A stretch of 64,000 nt of DNA from Blastocystis sp. Blastoise (lineage: Eukaryota; Protista; Bigyra: Opalinata): contig JBBPEB010000015.1 of assembly GCA_039096225.1 (NCBI GenBank), positions 806,001 to 870,000 on the forward strand, written 5' to 3'. The notes under the pieces are model-generated. The model was not told the origin of the DNA. It saw nothing but the letters and a program-made list of their open reading frames with translations, and did no database searches. This document shows, one piece after another, positions 25,301-44,065 of the stretch. Made by a program: the position numbers and the translations under genes. Every line of letters begins with the position of its first letter. Position 1 is the first letter of the stretch.

Positions 25301-27253
25301 CCAATTTGAAGGTACAACTCCTTGAACATATTTCCAATCAGGTGAATTTATAGGTATTAAGAAAAACGTATTTATATAGAATAATTTAGATGCTTCTTTT
25401 AAATTTGTAAAGTCTCCAATATTCGAAAAAGGTATACCTGTATTACCTATAGAAATAGTAAGTTTTGATCCATTATCCCAACCATCATTACGACTATCTT
25501 TAACTTCAAGTTTAATTAAACCTGATGGAATACATAGAGATTTGGAAAAGTATGAGTTTTTATCCATAGATGGAGAAGTATATAAAATAACATCATTACT
25601 ATTTGATATTGTCCAAGATTCTTCATCACCATATTGTTTATTTATTTTATCCATTTGAAGAATAATATTATCAGGTGAATTACAACCTATAGAGGAAGAA
25701 TAATATATAATTAATATATGTATTGTTTCATATAAAAAAGAAATTGTTTTCCTTATCTATAATTTTTATAACTTGTAAATAAATACCTGTAATAATAAAT
25801 GTTAGTTGCGTAGTATATTCTTGATTATCTGAAGAACCAACAGCATGTATAGTATAATTAAATGTTCCTTCATTAGGAAATTGACCAAGAATTCTTCCTG
25901 AAATTGGGTCTAATTCTATTTCATAAGGGAATTCAGGAACAGAAGTGAAATCTGTAAATCCTCGTGATATAGGTAATAAATTAAAAGAATCTACACTTCC
26001 TTTTCCATAGTATGTAGTATTACTATAGGAGAGAGAGATAGGTCCAGCAGCTATATTACAAGAATAAATCTCAAAGGAAGATATACCAACTTGATTATTT
26101 TTATTACTACCAGCTATATAAATATAAAAGAAAATGAATATAGAACTATATTTATAAAATAAAAATATATATATAATCTATATAAAAGAAAATGAATATA
26201 GAATTATATTTATAATATAAAAATATATATATAATCTATATAAATATAAAGAAAATGAATATAGAATTATATTTATAAAATAAAAATATATATAATCTAT
26301 ATAAATATAAAAGAAAATGAATATAGAATTATATTTATAAAATAAAAAAATACTAATAGTGACTTTAAAGCTATTATAAACTTTCATATTCATTGAAACA
26401 TGATACACTTGTTCTTCTTTTCTCGATATAAATGTAGTTGAAGATACAATATCAATGATTTCCCATTCAGAATCATATTCATTTTTACCTTCTAAATTCC
26501 ATGAAGTTGGATCTCCATTATCACTAAAGGGAGAACTAGCAATCATATAAGAGTTAAGCCATATAGCACTATAGAGTTAAGTAAAGTTAGAAAAATAATT
26601 GTGGAGTATTTTAATATTTATCTAAGTATTCATTTAAATATAAATATATAAAATAATATATATATATGTAATAAATAAAAATAGTATGTATATACTTATG
26701 TTTTGGTAGAGAATATATAATAGTGGGCATATTTGAAGAAGAAGATTGATAATAGGATTCTAAATTCATATCAAAAAGACGTACACCATAATTAGAAGGT
26801 GTAGTACCTTCAGGAATAGCTTCATATTGACCATTAGATAATTGTTGACCAGAGCATTCTAAATAAAGAAGAGAAATTAATAAATATATATAATCTTTAT
26901 ATATTCTTTATAAGTAAAGTAATAAAATTATATAAAGAATATTATTTGTATATTATTATAATATACCTCCTTGAAGAGCATAGATTTGTGTAGCTATGAC
27001 GGAGAATACATCTGAAGCTGGTAGAGAATTAGTATAATGATGGACTTCAATACAAATAGTAGTAGCACCATTTGAATTCATTATGAATTTTGGAATAGTA
27101 ATACTAAATATATAGTATTATATCTAATGAAGATTAAAATATGGTATATATACGTTAATAAAGGTGTATCTGAATTATTAGGAGCAATAGCAGTTGTTGA
27201 ACCAGTAAGAGATCCTCTATGTATATGGGGTGTATATATATTAAATAAACAAA

Positions 27254-27288
<35 letters not shown>

Positions 27289-28254
27289 ATAGATAAATAA
27301 ATAGATAAATGAATAGATAAACTAGAATATACTTTGGTAATTTATAACGATAGACTTCATTTCCTTCTATATAAACAGCAATTCCAGATCCAGTTTTTAT
27401 AGAAAGATAAAAACCAGCAGCATTTTGCATTGATGTAAAAACATGATTTAGACGATAATAACGTGTAGTTGCTGTAAAAGCAGGAAAAGTACCAACAGTA
27501 GCTTCACTCCATAAAGAATCAGCATAAGTTTTATCTGTCCAAGAAGTAGAAGATTGAGAAATATCAGAATATTTCCAAGACACTGATTCTTGTAGCGCAA
27601 ATGGAACTGTAAAATTAATAAAAAATATAATAAGTAAAATATAAAAAAATAATAAATAATAAATATATAAATAAATAAATAAATAATTAATTAATTAATA
27701 AATAAAAAAATAATTAATAAATAAATATATAATAAATATAAATAAATAAATAAATAAACAATATGCATACAAACAAAAGTATTCAATTTTTCTTTAAAAA
27801 ACGTATTTGCAACAAAGGGAATAGAGTCTTCCAAGAACACTCTGTTATTATAAATTAATTGAACCCAAGATGGATCGTTTGTAAATCCCCAACCATCTCC
27901 AAAACTATAAAGAAATGATCAATGATATTACGATTTGTGTCACAGAAAAAAATAAATAGCATACGAATCACCTAATCTTATAGTATATAATCCAGAAGAT
28001 ATGCAGATATCGTATCTTTTTTCAACTGATTGATAACTAGTTATTCCTTGTTCTCTGAAAATATGTTGAACACTCGTGTCCTTTCCTTTCCAAATAGTGA
28101 CAGATTGCTCTTGCGCATATCTACTATACCAGATAGATACCGTTACCGTTGACTCTCCTTCGTTGCATCCATCTAAAAGTGTTGCATTTCAAATGAGAAT
28201 TAATATACATGCATAAAGAACAAGCAAACCAAAAATCAATATTTCTTTGATCAT
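22370..28254 (-). CDS. Type I membrane surface protein (~1600 aa) with three repeats of DxxGDGW module + galactose-binding-like + discoidin-like + putative-Ig modules
   Basis: Signal peptide MIKEILIFGLLVLYAYG. Repeated DSFGDGW/DSRNDGW/DSGHNGW, YIEGNEVYR/YINEEEIHR/YINGHEVYR, DPTSWNLEG/DPSDWSVL/HPKTWTIEG and LDPISGRI/LDTSTGSI/LDRETGTL. C-terminal TM (IWVWIISALAAILIIIIILCIF) and basic tail. Nine GT-AG introns. Confidence 0.88.
26115..26350. repeat. Intronic minisatellite, ~60-bp unit x ~4
   Basis: Repeats of atataaaagaaaatgaatatagaattatatttataaaataaaaatatatataatct. Confidence 0.9.
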
Positions 28255-29755
28255 TTTTAAGATAATTAAAAAATGTGTAAAAAATATATATATTACATGG
28301 AACAGCAAAACTTTTAATTACAGAAAGATATTCATAAAAAAGAATGGCTGTAATGCTTTTGATATGCTCATATATGGAATTACTGGTGTATTGAAAGGAA
28401 GAGCTCTACATATTATTGGATAAAAAGAAGAATATGTGGTAAAATACAAAAAGTGGAGAACTTTTTCTTAGGTCCTCTTTTATTTAAGTTTTCTCGAAGA
28501 AATTTCATTGGTTTTTAACTATAATGTTCTTTGCATCGTCATTTCAGTACATGACATCATATTTTGATCAACTCTTTTAATTCCTTATATAAAACATAAA
28601 AACTCATCTTTTGATTAAATTTCTTTTTCATTTATACTTTTATTGTACTATTCTTGCTTTATGATCAAGAAAAAGAGACAGAAAGTCTTTTATTAAAAAT
28701 AACGCCAAAAAACAAAAAGAGTCATGCAATTCTATTTCGACAGGGATAAATGCGTCATTTCTATTCCACCACTTTTTTACCATAATAAAAAAGGGTCTTT
28801 TATGACTTTTTTTATTCACAACCACAAAAATAAAATATTTTGAATATATTTCAATTATTAATTTATTGGTAAATGTTTCAAGATATTCCGATATAAATGA
28901 ATATGCTCAAACCGATATTGAAATTCAACTACAAAGGAAGTGAAAAAAAAAGTAATCTCCTCTTTGGATCATTACTTGAGAATTGTTTTTTCATAAAATT
29001 CTTATCAGAGAGTGTATATATATTTAAAGTACTCCTTGTGGCATCAATGAGCAACACAAAATAGTTTTTTTATTAATTTCTATTTTCTAGAAATCTCTTC
29101 CTATTTTAAATCGCTTTGAATAGCTAATAATATAGTTGTATCAAAGTAAATGCTAGTATGATGTGAATAATAAAATGAACAATGAAAAAATTAATCATCA
29201 ACAGATTTCTTGTTTGTTTACTAATCCATATATATTAATTATATATACCTAAACTATACTATTATTCTCCAAGGTAATCTTATGTTAAAACATCATATAA
29301 TTAGATCAGCAATACACATTGTGTTTATAAACCTCAATCAAAACGATTGTCGTTCCATATAAACTATATAAAGCATCTTCATGACTAAACAATATGATTT
29401 TAGTTTTAATTAAAACCAAAACGTGTTTAAATACTCTTATTTAGAATCCAAGTTGTTGTTATTCATGACTCCAAATAATTAAGGTCAACGCATAGCAATT
29501 TCTTTGTAATATTCAAAAAGAATAAACAACAATAAGAAAAAGAAGAAAGAATCCTTAGCTAATGAGGATATTCATTGGAATTTTTACTTTTTAGCCTGGA
29601 GAAAAAGTTTATTCAAAATTGAATGATACTTTTTGTTTGTCTCTATTGTACTGCGATACGTAAGAATTATTGTTTATTATTGATATAAATAATATAATAA
29701 GAATATATCAAACTATAGATATCCACCTATTAGCATTTATTCAGAAAGTAAACAA

Positions 29756-31698
29756 ATGGAGAGTATAAAAAAAAGCATAGAAAGACTTTCATTGCAAAAA
29801 GCTGTGATTGCGTCTACTATAGTACATGTAATTCTTATTCTCATTGGAGAATACATGGATAAAATTATGACTGCTGGTCAATATACGGATACAGATTATT
29901 GGGTTTTCACAGATGCTGCTTATCAAGTGACTATTGGGAAATCACCTTACAATAGAGCTACATACAGATATACACCTATTCTGTATTTATGAATAGTTTT
30001 ATTATTTTTTTCTTCTTTTTTGACTATTCTTTATTCTAGCATTCTATATATTTATAGTATTATTTTTTTTATAATTATTCTTTATTTTAGCATCTATATA
30101 AATTATAGTATTATTTTTGTGTAACTATTCTTTATTCTAGCATCTTTATAAATTATAGTATTATTTTTTTATAAGTATTCTTTATTATAAACATCTTATA
30201 TATATATAATTATTATTACATTTCAATTTTAGTGCTTATCTCCTGACACCAAATATTTATTTATTTAAGAGTTTTGGAAAATATTTATTTTCTGCATTTG
30301 ATATATTAAATGGTTGTTTAATTTTTTATATATTAAGAAATCGTCAAGTAAAATATGATCAAGCTTTAAAATATTCTTTATTATGGTTTTTTAATCCTTT
30401 AGTAATCAATATTTCAACTCGTGGTAATGCTGATGCTATTGTTTGTAGTTGTGTCTTCTTATCTATATGGTTATTACAATATCGTCATCTTTGGCTTTCT
30501 GCTCTTGCTTATGGATTCTCAGTTCATATGAAAATCTATCCTATTATATTTGCACCTGCTTTCTTAATGGTATTAGATGAGAATTATAGAAAGAAACATG
30601 ATAAAGGTACTAATTTCATTACTCGTTTTATTAATAAAGAACGAATTCAATTCTCACTTATTAGTGGTGGCTTATTTTTAGGTCTTATTGCTTTATTTTA
30701 TATTCGATATGGTTATGAATTCTTATTTGAAAGTTATTTATATCATGCTACAAGAACAGATAACAGACATAATTATAGTGTTTATTTCTATGAATTATAT
30801 TTACTTTATAATAGTCCTTCTCGTAAATTATTAGGTCTTGTAGCTTTCTTACCTCAAGTATATATCTATTTCTTATTATATAATTTGTTTTTTTAAATAT
30901 TATTATTTTTATTATTTTTATATTTTTTTAATCTTTTTTTTTTTATTTTTTAATCTTTTTTTTTGTATTATTATGAATCTACTAAATATAACATTATAGT
31001 CTCTTTTGATATGTATATATATATAGATTATTTTACTTCCATATTCTGGATTTAAATTTGGAACTGATTTACCCTTTGCCATGTTAATAGAAACATTCAT
31101 CTTTGTTTGCTTTAATAAAGTATTGATGTATTATATTGTTTTTATATTTATATATTATTTATTATTTTATATTTTATTTAAATAGTATTTATTATTTATT
31201 TTTATGTTTATATTATATTTATTATATTAATATAATTTTTATTATACATTTTAATTATAATAATAATCTATATATATATATATACAGGTATGTACAGCTC
31301 AATATTTCTTATGGTGGATTTCCTTTGTTCCTCTCGTATTACCTTTCTCAAGTATTACGATGACTAAACTTATTCTCTTATTCTCTTTCTATTTTGGTAC
31401 TCAAATGATTTGGAATTATTATGGTTTTTATCTAGAATTCGTTGGAATCAATACTTTCAAATCTGTATTTATATTATTATTATTATCATCAATATTATTA
31501 TTATTATTATTATTATTTTATATTAAACTTATTTAACAATACTCTTATAATATATAGTTATGGATGGCTGGAATTGCATTTTTTATTAGTGGTGTTTATT
31601 TTATACATGTATTTATTCAAAAACAAAAATATACTCATCTATTCTCTGATTCTTGGAAAACAATTTCATTAACTCCTACAACAAATCCTAGCTCATAA
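29756..31698 (+). CDS. PIGM: GPI mannosyltransferase 1 (PIG-M/Gpi14), 5 exons
   Basis: YTDTDYWVFTDAA, SPYNRATYRYTPILAYLLTPN, FNPLVINISTRGNADA, HMKIYPII, YLYHATRTDNRHNYSVYFY and FVCFNKVCTAQYFLWW. Confidence 0.97.
30022..30195 (+). repeat. Intronic ~52-bp tandem duplication x ~3.5
   Basis: Unit ctattctttattctagcatctatataaattatagtattattttt in PIG-M intron 1. Confidence 0.85.
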
Positions 31699-32354
31699 TT
31701 AATTTCACTTCTTTTTTTTTGACTACTTCTCTTTAAACATACTTATTCTATTTTTTTTTTACATTCATTAAATAGTCCTCTATATATATTTTATTTTATT
31801 TTTAATATTTGTATACTTTTAAACCTCTTCTTAAACATTTTTCTAGATAATTGTGTTGCTAATTCTTCTCCTGTTATCAATTTTGCTATTTATTTTATCT
31901 CAATGATCTTAAACAATAAAACTCGACATATATAACTCCACCATTTCATATTTAAAAAAAATACACTTTCATTTTTTTTCTTTTCAATTGAGATTCATGT
32001 ATACTAAACTTTACTTTTCAGGATCTGAATTACTTTACCCTTTTTCTATTAATTCTATATAAATAAAGCAACAGCAATTATAAAAAAAAAAAAAGTGCTA
32101 AAAAGAATAAAAACTTGCTTATAGGGAAAAGATTCTTTTAAAGGAAGGCAAAAGGATTTCCGGTTTTAAAGAAGAAAAATTCAAATGTGTCCGTAGGATC
32201 TTCTCTAAATAGTTTCGATATCAAAAAATATATAAGAAATTTAATAAATCAGACAGACGAGACGCACTCATTTTTTTAATAATTTTTTTTTGAAAAAAAT
32301 AATCTTTTTTATGTATCTAAGTCATATTTTATACATATTTAGTAATATTAAGAT

Positions 32355-36428
<4,074 letters not shown>

Positions 36429-37392
36429 TTTATTAAATACTTCTATATATATATATTCTTCCTTTAGTGTTAATTAACTAGAAATTTATTATTATTTTCC
36501 AAATGTTAATTTATACATTTTATTTTTATTTTTTTTTAATTTCTTTCATTATTTCTATTTTATTTTTTATTTTCATTGTTTATTACCTCTCTTTGTCTTT
36601 GCTATTTGCTTTGATTCATTTATATATACTATTTCATTATTTTATTTTTGCAAAGTTTTTAAATTCTTTACACTATAATATATATATATTTATATTGTTC
36701 ATTTTTTTTCAATATTTATAATAATCAATTGGTTGTCTATGATTATTGCTTTTATATATTTTATTTATGTTGTCTCTAAGTATAATTATAATATTGTTTA
36801 TATGTATTGTTCATTTTCTCAGTATTGTAGTCATTAGTTCTCATATGGTGTTGTTTTTTTTATATATTCTAATCCTATATACATATTATTTATTCAGAAA
36901 CATTATACGATGCTAGATCTTAATGAAGACTATTGACATATTATTAATAAGAATAATTTTTAGTTAAAAAAAACATTTTGATTAATGTCCCATTTCTTCA
37001 AGAAATAACTTTTTTTTGCTATTATCATTTTTTTATGTATTACTTGTGAAATACAAACATCTAAATGATGGATACTATTAAGAAATTGTTTCATTATCTC
37101 CATTTAAAGAAAAACATGAAAATATGTACATTTTCAGTAGACTATTGGTTATTCTTAAATCATAATCCCAGGAAAAAAATAGAAAAAATGGACCTATTTT
37201 TGGATGTGATTATATTGATGTATTTCTCAAGATGTTTCTACAAAGATGATATACTCTTAAAATTTGTGGTATAGTTTATCGAATAAAGCTTTCTCTAATT
37301 GAAGAATCTGACATTAGGATGTAAGTGAACTCTTCATGTGTCTCTATATATCTAGAAGTATAGTGAATATCAAATAAATAAGCAAAAGATCT

Positions 37393-39751
37393 ATGAAGCC
37401 TTATGATCATTCAAAAAATTCACCTTCGTATATACTTTGTTTAATCTTTGTTTTTTTATTTCTTTCAATTCTATTTTTAGGTCCTCACATTTTACTCCTC
37501 TTAAAGTATCTACAAATATTGATTATAATGAGTCATATATTAATGAACAGAAAAGTGGAAAAAGTATTTTATTCAGAGTAATTACCAAATAAATATTGAT
37601 TTATAGTTAGTGTTGGATTAAAAACAAAATTACAAAAAATGGCATCCTCTCAAAGTTCATCTCCTACTATTTCTACATTAAGAAAATCATTAACTCAAGT
37701 AAAAATAATAATTTTATATATATATATATTATAGTCATTAACTACTCCAACAAAAAATAATAATCAAGACCATAAATGTAATTCTTTTATTAGTTTTTAT
37801 TAATTTATTATATATATATCTATATATTTAATATTATATAGCAAATAATACAACTAAAGGGATTCTATTAAATACTATTAATCATAGTATACTACGTCAA
37901 GGTATTTATTCTTTCTATTAATATATATATATATATATATTTTGCAAGTTTTTTTTATTGAAATACTTTTAATAAAATGTTAAATATTGAAATATTATAT
38001 ATATATACATAGCCTGTACGAAGAATTCGAAACTAGGTCAAGAGATTTACGAAATGGATATTCAAGAAATAGATGTATATATATATATATATATATTGAA
38101 AATATAATTTCACTATATTTTTATAATTTAAAAAAAATACAATTATATATTATTATGGAATACTAATCAATAGAATAGCTTCAGTTCATCTCAAAGAGAA
38201 GCGATTAGTGTTATTTTCAGTCGTACACAACAATATCTACAATCAGCATTCGTATATATTTATATTACTTTTTATTATAAGTATAAATATATTCCATTTA
38301 ATTATAAATATATATATATATTACATTTTATTATAAATATATATATATTACATTTTATTATAAACAAATATATGGATTGCATTTCATTATAAATAAATAT
38401 ATGTAGCAAAGATGTAGTGTATTAATCCAGAAAGAAACAAAAGATCGAGAAATTAAAAAACAAGAAATTGAAAAGAAAACACAAGGTATATATATATATA
38501 TTATATATATATATTATATATATATATTATATATATAGATAACTTATCTCTTCCTGCAAATAAAGAGTTAGAAACATTAAAGAAAGAAAGAGATAATCAA
38601 TTAAATTGTTTATTGGTATATATTAACAGTATATTTATTACTGTATATATTTATATAGGACGAATATATACAGAATGAATCTATTATTAAAAGTAAATAT
38701 AATGATCGTTTAGAAATAATTAATAAAGAATTAATTGTATATATATATATATATATTACATTTTATTATATTTTATACATTATAATGGTATATATGCTTA
38801 TTATATTTAGGAATATCAAAGTACATATCAAATGAAAGCAGAAGAAAAAGAAAAAGAACTCTCTATTCTTCTTAAAGGTATATATATATATGATAATAAT
38901 AATAATAAATAAATAAATCAAATAATGAATGAATTACTCCTATTTATATTATTTTTATTCTATATTTATATATATTTAATTATATCCCACAATAATTATA
39001 CTATTATTCTTTTCACACTTATTATTATCTGATTTAATCTTAATAACTATTATTGTTTCCCTCCCTAAAAAAGTATTATTTCCCTATAGATGACGGCTTA
39101 GACCGTTCGTCTCGAATTCGGTCACAAGTATTAGAACGTTTTCATAATAAGATGAATGTTAAGGAACAAAATATAATAAAGAAAAAACAAGATATTGAAA
39201 ATGATATTGAAGAGGAAATGAAAACAATTTCAAGAGAAACGAAAGATAAAGAGAAATTATATAAAAAGAATTATGAAGTAAAAGCACAACAAATCAAAGA
39301 TTTATTAAAAGAAGTATATATATAATAATAATATATATAAGACTATATATTTTTTAATTATATATGCATATATTTAGTTTATTCTCAATTATTACTTATG
39401 AATATTATTCTAATAAGAAATACTATTATATATATATATAGAAAAAGGCTGAACTATTTGAATTTCGACGAAATGCTGAATTGGAATTAAGAAAGAATAA
39501 GCAGCATGTAATGAATACTGTTAAAGACATTCTTCTTACAACTCTATCTAAGATTAAAGATGTATATATATAAATATACTTATATTTTATTGATAGAAAA
39601 TGATTGTTTTCAAAGTATTCTTTATATATATATATAAATATATATATAGTTATATGTTAATTTTGAGGATGTTCATAAAACAATCATCAAATTATCTTCT
39701 ATATGCTTATCGAGAGACATTTCCATGATTCTTATTGATTATATGGTATCA

Positions 39752-39782
<31 letters not shown>

Positions 39783-39802
39783 TTTTTAAAATCTGTTATA
39801 TA

Positions 39803-39843
<41 letters not shown>

Positions 39844-42800
39844 AAAACAAATAATAATCATATAAAAATGCATTATTCTATAGTTACAATACATGACTAC
39901 TTTTATTACGTCACGTGTAGGTGAGGAATTAAAGCATGTGACAGAAGTAGAAAATGAAATTAATTCATTTCACTCATATATCCAAACTATTATGCAAGTA
40001 ATTATTATTATTATTATATTATTAATATAATAATAATTCTTCTTATTATTATTATTTTTTATAGTCCTACTTAGCAACATTTAATAATAATATTGATGAT
40101 ACAAGTGATTATTCATTAATAACCACGGGGGATCGTTTAATATGTAGTACAATCTCCTTACAACAAGAAATTCTATCAAGAACTCTTGTAGAAGTATATA
40201 CTATTTATTTATATTTATAAATACCATTTTTATTTTATATATCTGTTATATTCACATTTCATGTTAATGTATCCTCTAAATATGTCATGTTTCTATATTA
40301 TTCACATAACTATATTTTAATTATTTTTATTACATATACTTTTCTATCAAGATTTATTTATAATGGACATATTCATTCTAGTTAAACAGCGCTTCATCCG
40401 GTTTCCACGGGGAAATGACTATTTTGAGGGAGTCTACTGGGAAAAAAGTGAAGGATATTATTGATAAAGTAATATATATAATATAATTTATTATAATAAA
40501 ATGAAAGTATAAACTTTATATAAATACTTAAAACTATATTCTTAATTATATAGCATCTTAAGCATGATAAAACGTTATCTAAACTTAATATATTAACAGA
40601 TACAATATCGAATCATATAAGTCAATATGATGATGTTATATCTAAATTAGCTATACAAGAATTAGAATATGAATATAAGAATAGTGTTCATGATGTTCTA
40701 GAATATTCTATTAAATTATCAGAACGATTCACATTAGATATTATTAATCGATATAAACGTTTATTTGTATATATATTATTCTATATTTTATATTTTATTT
40801 CTTTGTTAATTTATTGATTATTTTATTATTCTATTTATTTTTTTATTAAATATATTAATTATATTATATATATTAAATTTATTATATATATTATATATAT
40901 TATATATATTATATATATTAAATATATTATATATATTATATATATTAATTCTATTATACATTATATATAGTATTATATGAATCATTCTGATCCTTCTCCC
41001 CTTTTATTTCAGTCTATATTAGAATTACATTTATATATTGTATCTCAAGATTATGAAGTAAAACCATTCGATTCTTCATCTTCTTCTCTATCTCTTCTTC
41101 CTTCATTAAATAATAATAAGAGTACAACAAATACACCTTCATCTATTTCTTCTCCTTCTATTCCTATTGTTTCTTCAGATATGCAAATGACGAGTTCATT
41201 CTCTTCTTTATCTTCGTTTCAAGGACCTATACATGACAAATGTCAACACAAAGAACAATATAATACAGATGAACATAATTCTTTATATACACATTATACT
41301 CAACAATATTCAAATGAGAAGAAACAACATGAAAACCATCATTCAAATACTTATGACAGATATCGTTCTCATTATTCTTCGAATTCTGTTTCATTATCTC
41401 CACATAAATATCAAAAACATATGCATTTACAAGATACACATAATGAAGATTCAACAGATTCTTATATATATGAAGATAATAAAAAGAAACAAATTCAATT
41501 AAAGAAATCATCATCTCCTTATCATTCTCATTATTATCATATGCATGAAAATAATAAAGAGCAATCTTATAAGAATTATAAAAGCCAAAACAAAGCTTTA
41601 AAAAATAATATATATGATCAATCATCTCCATATAATAAGAATCAATCTAAAAATAATACTAAGGATATAAAAGAATCAAAACAAAATTTATCAAAACATA
41701 ATTTTCATCATAATCATTATTCCGATAGACATGAAAATGATATCAAGAAAACATCTACATCCAAAGAAACAACTAAACATGTGAATAGTCATAAAAATTA
41801 TGATAAGAATAATAATAAACAATCTATAAATTATTCACATGAATCTTTATCTCATCATCATCATCATTCAAATACTTCTTCAAATATATATACAGCAGAA
41901 ACAATGGATTCATCTATGATTCATAATAAACATCATAAAAGTTCAAGTATGCCGAATTCCATGAATAAAAAACCATATAAAAAATATATATCTTGTCAAC
42001 CTATCTCTTCTATTTATTCTACTGGTTTGTCTGTACATTATAATAGATATTCTAAAGAAAATGGACATAAAGAAAAGCAGTCTTCCTTTGTTTCTTTTTC
42101 TTCTTCTTTTTCTATTCAAGAAACATCAGTCACTGATGATTCTGAAGAGAATATAAATACATTATTATCTTCAAATAAGTCTGATTCCTATGATTATAAT
42201 AAAGAAGATGATGATGTCATGATTATGAATTCAACTCAAAGAACAAGTATTCCAGACTATAGAAATGATATAGATAGAAAAGAAAATGATATAAATGAAA
42301 GACATGCTTCTTTACATATAAACCAATCACAAAAGAATCAAACGTGTATGTTGTTCTCTATATTTTTATATTATATTATTAAATTATTATAATATAGTAA
42401 TTATATTACTATATTACTATATTACTATATTACTATATTACTATATTACTATATAATATTATAATCTAATAATAATAAATAGATCTTCCATCACCCTTAA
42501 AGACCTCTCTTCCTCCTCTATCTCATTCTTCAGAAATATATTTTGTTGACTCAACTACAGTATCTCCTACTACTGTTTCTACACATAATATATCGTCTAT
42601 TCCTAACGATATGCCATCTAATAATTCCAGTACTCTTCCCGTTGGTATATATATATATATATATATATAATATTCGATGAACGATTTAAAACTTTCTTTT
42701 ATATTAATACTATTATGATTATTATTATATATAGATCTATCTATTGATTTATCTGCTTTATCGATTAGTTTATCTCCAGAAATTCATAATTCTGAATCGA

Positions 42801-43099
42801 ATAAAGATATGTCTTCTAATCCATCTGTTAGGCAGTTATATCTTTCAGAACAAGTAGATATACCTGTAAATGATACCCAGTTGAAACAGAATATTATATC
42901 TATGTGTAAAGTGAATGATTTATCTACAAAGAGTGTCGATAATAATAAAGATTTATCAACTATTACTGATAAGATTCCTTTATTAAATAAGAATACTGAA
43001 AATCTTTCTTTATTAAATATTCCAATAATAACTGTAGATAATCGAAGCATAGATATTGATATAGATATAGATTCATTATGTGAAGAATTTGATATTTAA
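37393..43099 (+). CDS. Uncharacterised protein with a central coiled-coil and a His/Ser/Asn-rich low-complexity C-terminal half, ~20 exons
   Basis: Continuous frame through GT-AG introns from MKPYDHSK to ...LCEEFDI*. E/K-rich heptads lie in 38400-39560. The start codon is uncertain and no family was recognised. Confidence 0.7.
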
Positions 43100-44065
43100 A
43101 AGGATATATATTCATTTATATATTATTCATTTTTGTTATGTCTAACTGGTTTTTCTTTCATTTTTTTATATTTTATATTTTATATTTTATATTTTATATT
43201 TTATATTTTTTAAATTTTCATTTTTTATATATTTTTTAATGTTTTGTCATTTTTTAACTGTATTCAGAGATTCACAAGTTGACTCTTTTTATTTCTGATT
43301 GTAATTGATTCATGATAATCAATTAATTTTCTATTTTCTATTGTTTTATTATTGTTTGTCATATTTCTTTTTTTTCTTTATTCTTAATCAATTCAAATTG
43401 TTATTTCAAATACTATTTTTCTGAACGTTATTTTTCATTTCATATTTTTATATCCATATAGGATATATTTATTTTTGATTCTCTATACATTAAAACCAAA
43501 TTGTTTCCAATTATCTATTTATTTCTTCTTTGTTTTATGAATACTCTTGATCAGTGTTGTATTTTTCATGTTTTTAATATTTTTTATATTTACAATTACC
43601 TATAAGAATTATTTCTATCATAAAAGTATTAAAAAATCGAGTTTGATTGTTGATTTAAAAACATTATTCTTTATTTATGTGTATAAATGAGAATTTATAT
43701 TAGAATGTATGTTCTATATTAAGAACATAATAAATTGTAACTAGATTATGAAAAAAATACAAAGAATTGCACGAAATTGTTTTTGTTTTAGTTCTTTTAC
43801 AAGATATTTGTGTTGCTTATTCATAGTATTTAATGACTGTTATAATAATTCAAGAATATAGAATGTCCTCAATACAAATAACGAAATAAATGAATAGAAC
43901 ATTCTACAAATTCTGAAAAACATAATTATTTCCAAATTTGTTTGGATATTTTCAAAAGATCCGTGATTTTTTTTACAAAATAGAAAACTCTCTTCGCAGA
44001 ATTTTATTTACTTTTATTTGTGATTCTCAACAAAGAATTATTAATTTATAACGATATATATATAA

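Noticed and set aside
26115-26350. Regularly spaced repeats resembling a CRISPR array or transposon ends
   Set aside because: They are head-to-tail AT-rich units with no unique spacers, terminal inverted repeats or associated genes, located in a eukaryotic intron.
28255-29755. Longest intergenic spacer, searched for ncRNA or a hidden gene (including ORF 28640..28825)
   Set aside because: No recognisable tRNA, snRNA, snoRNA or consistent exon chain.
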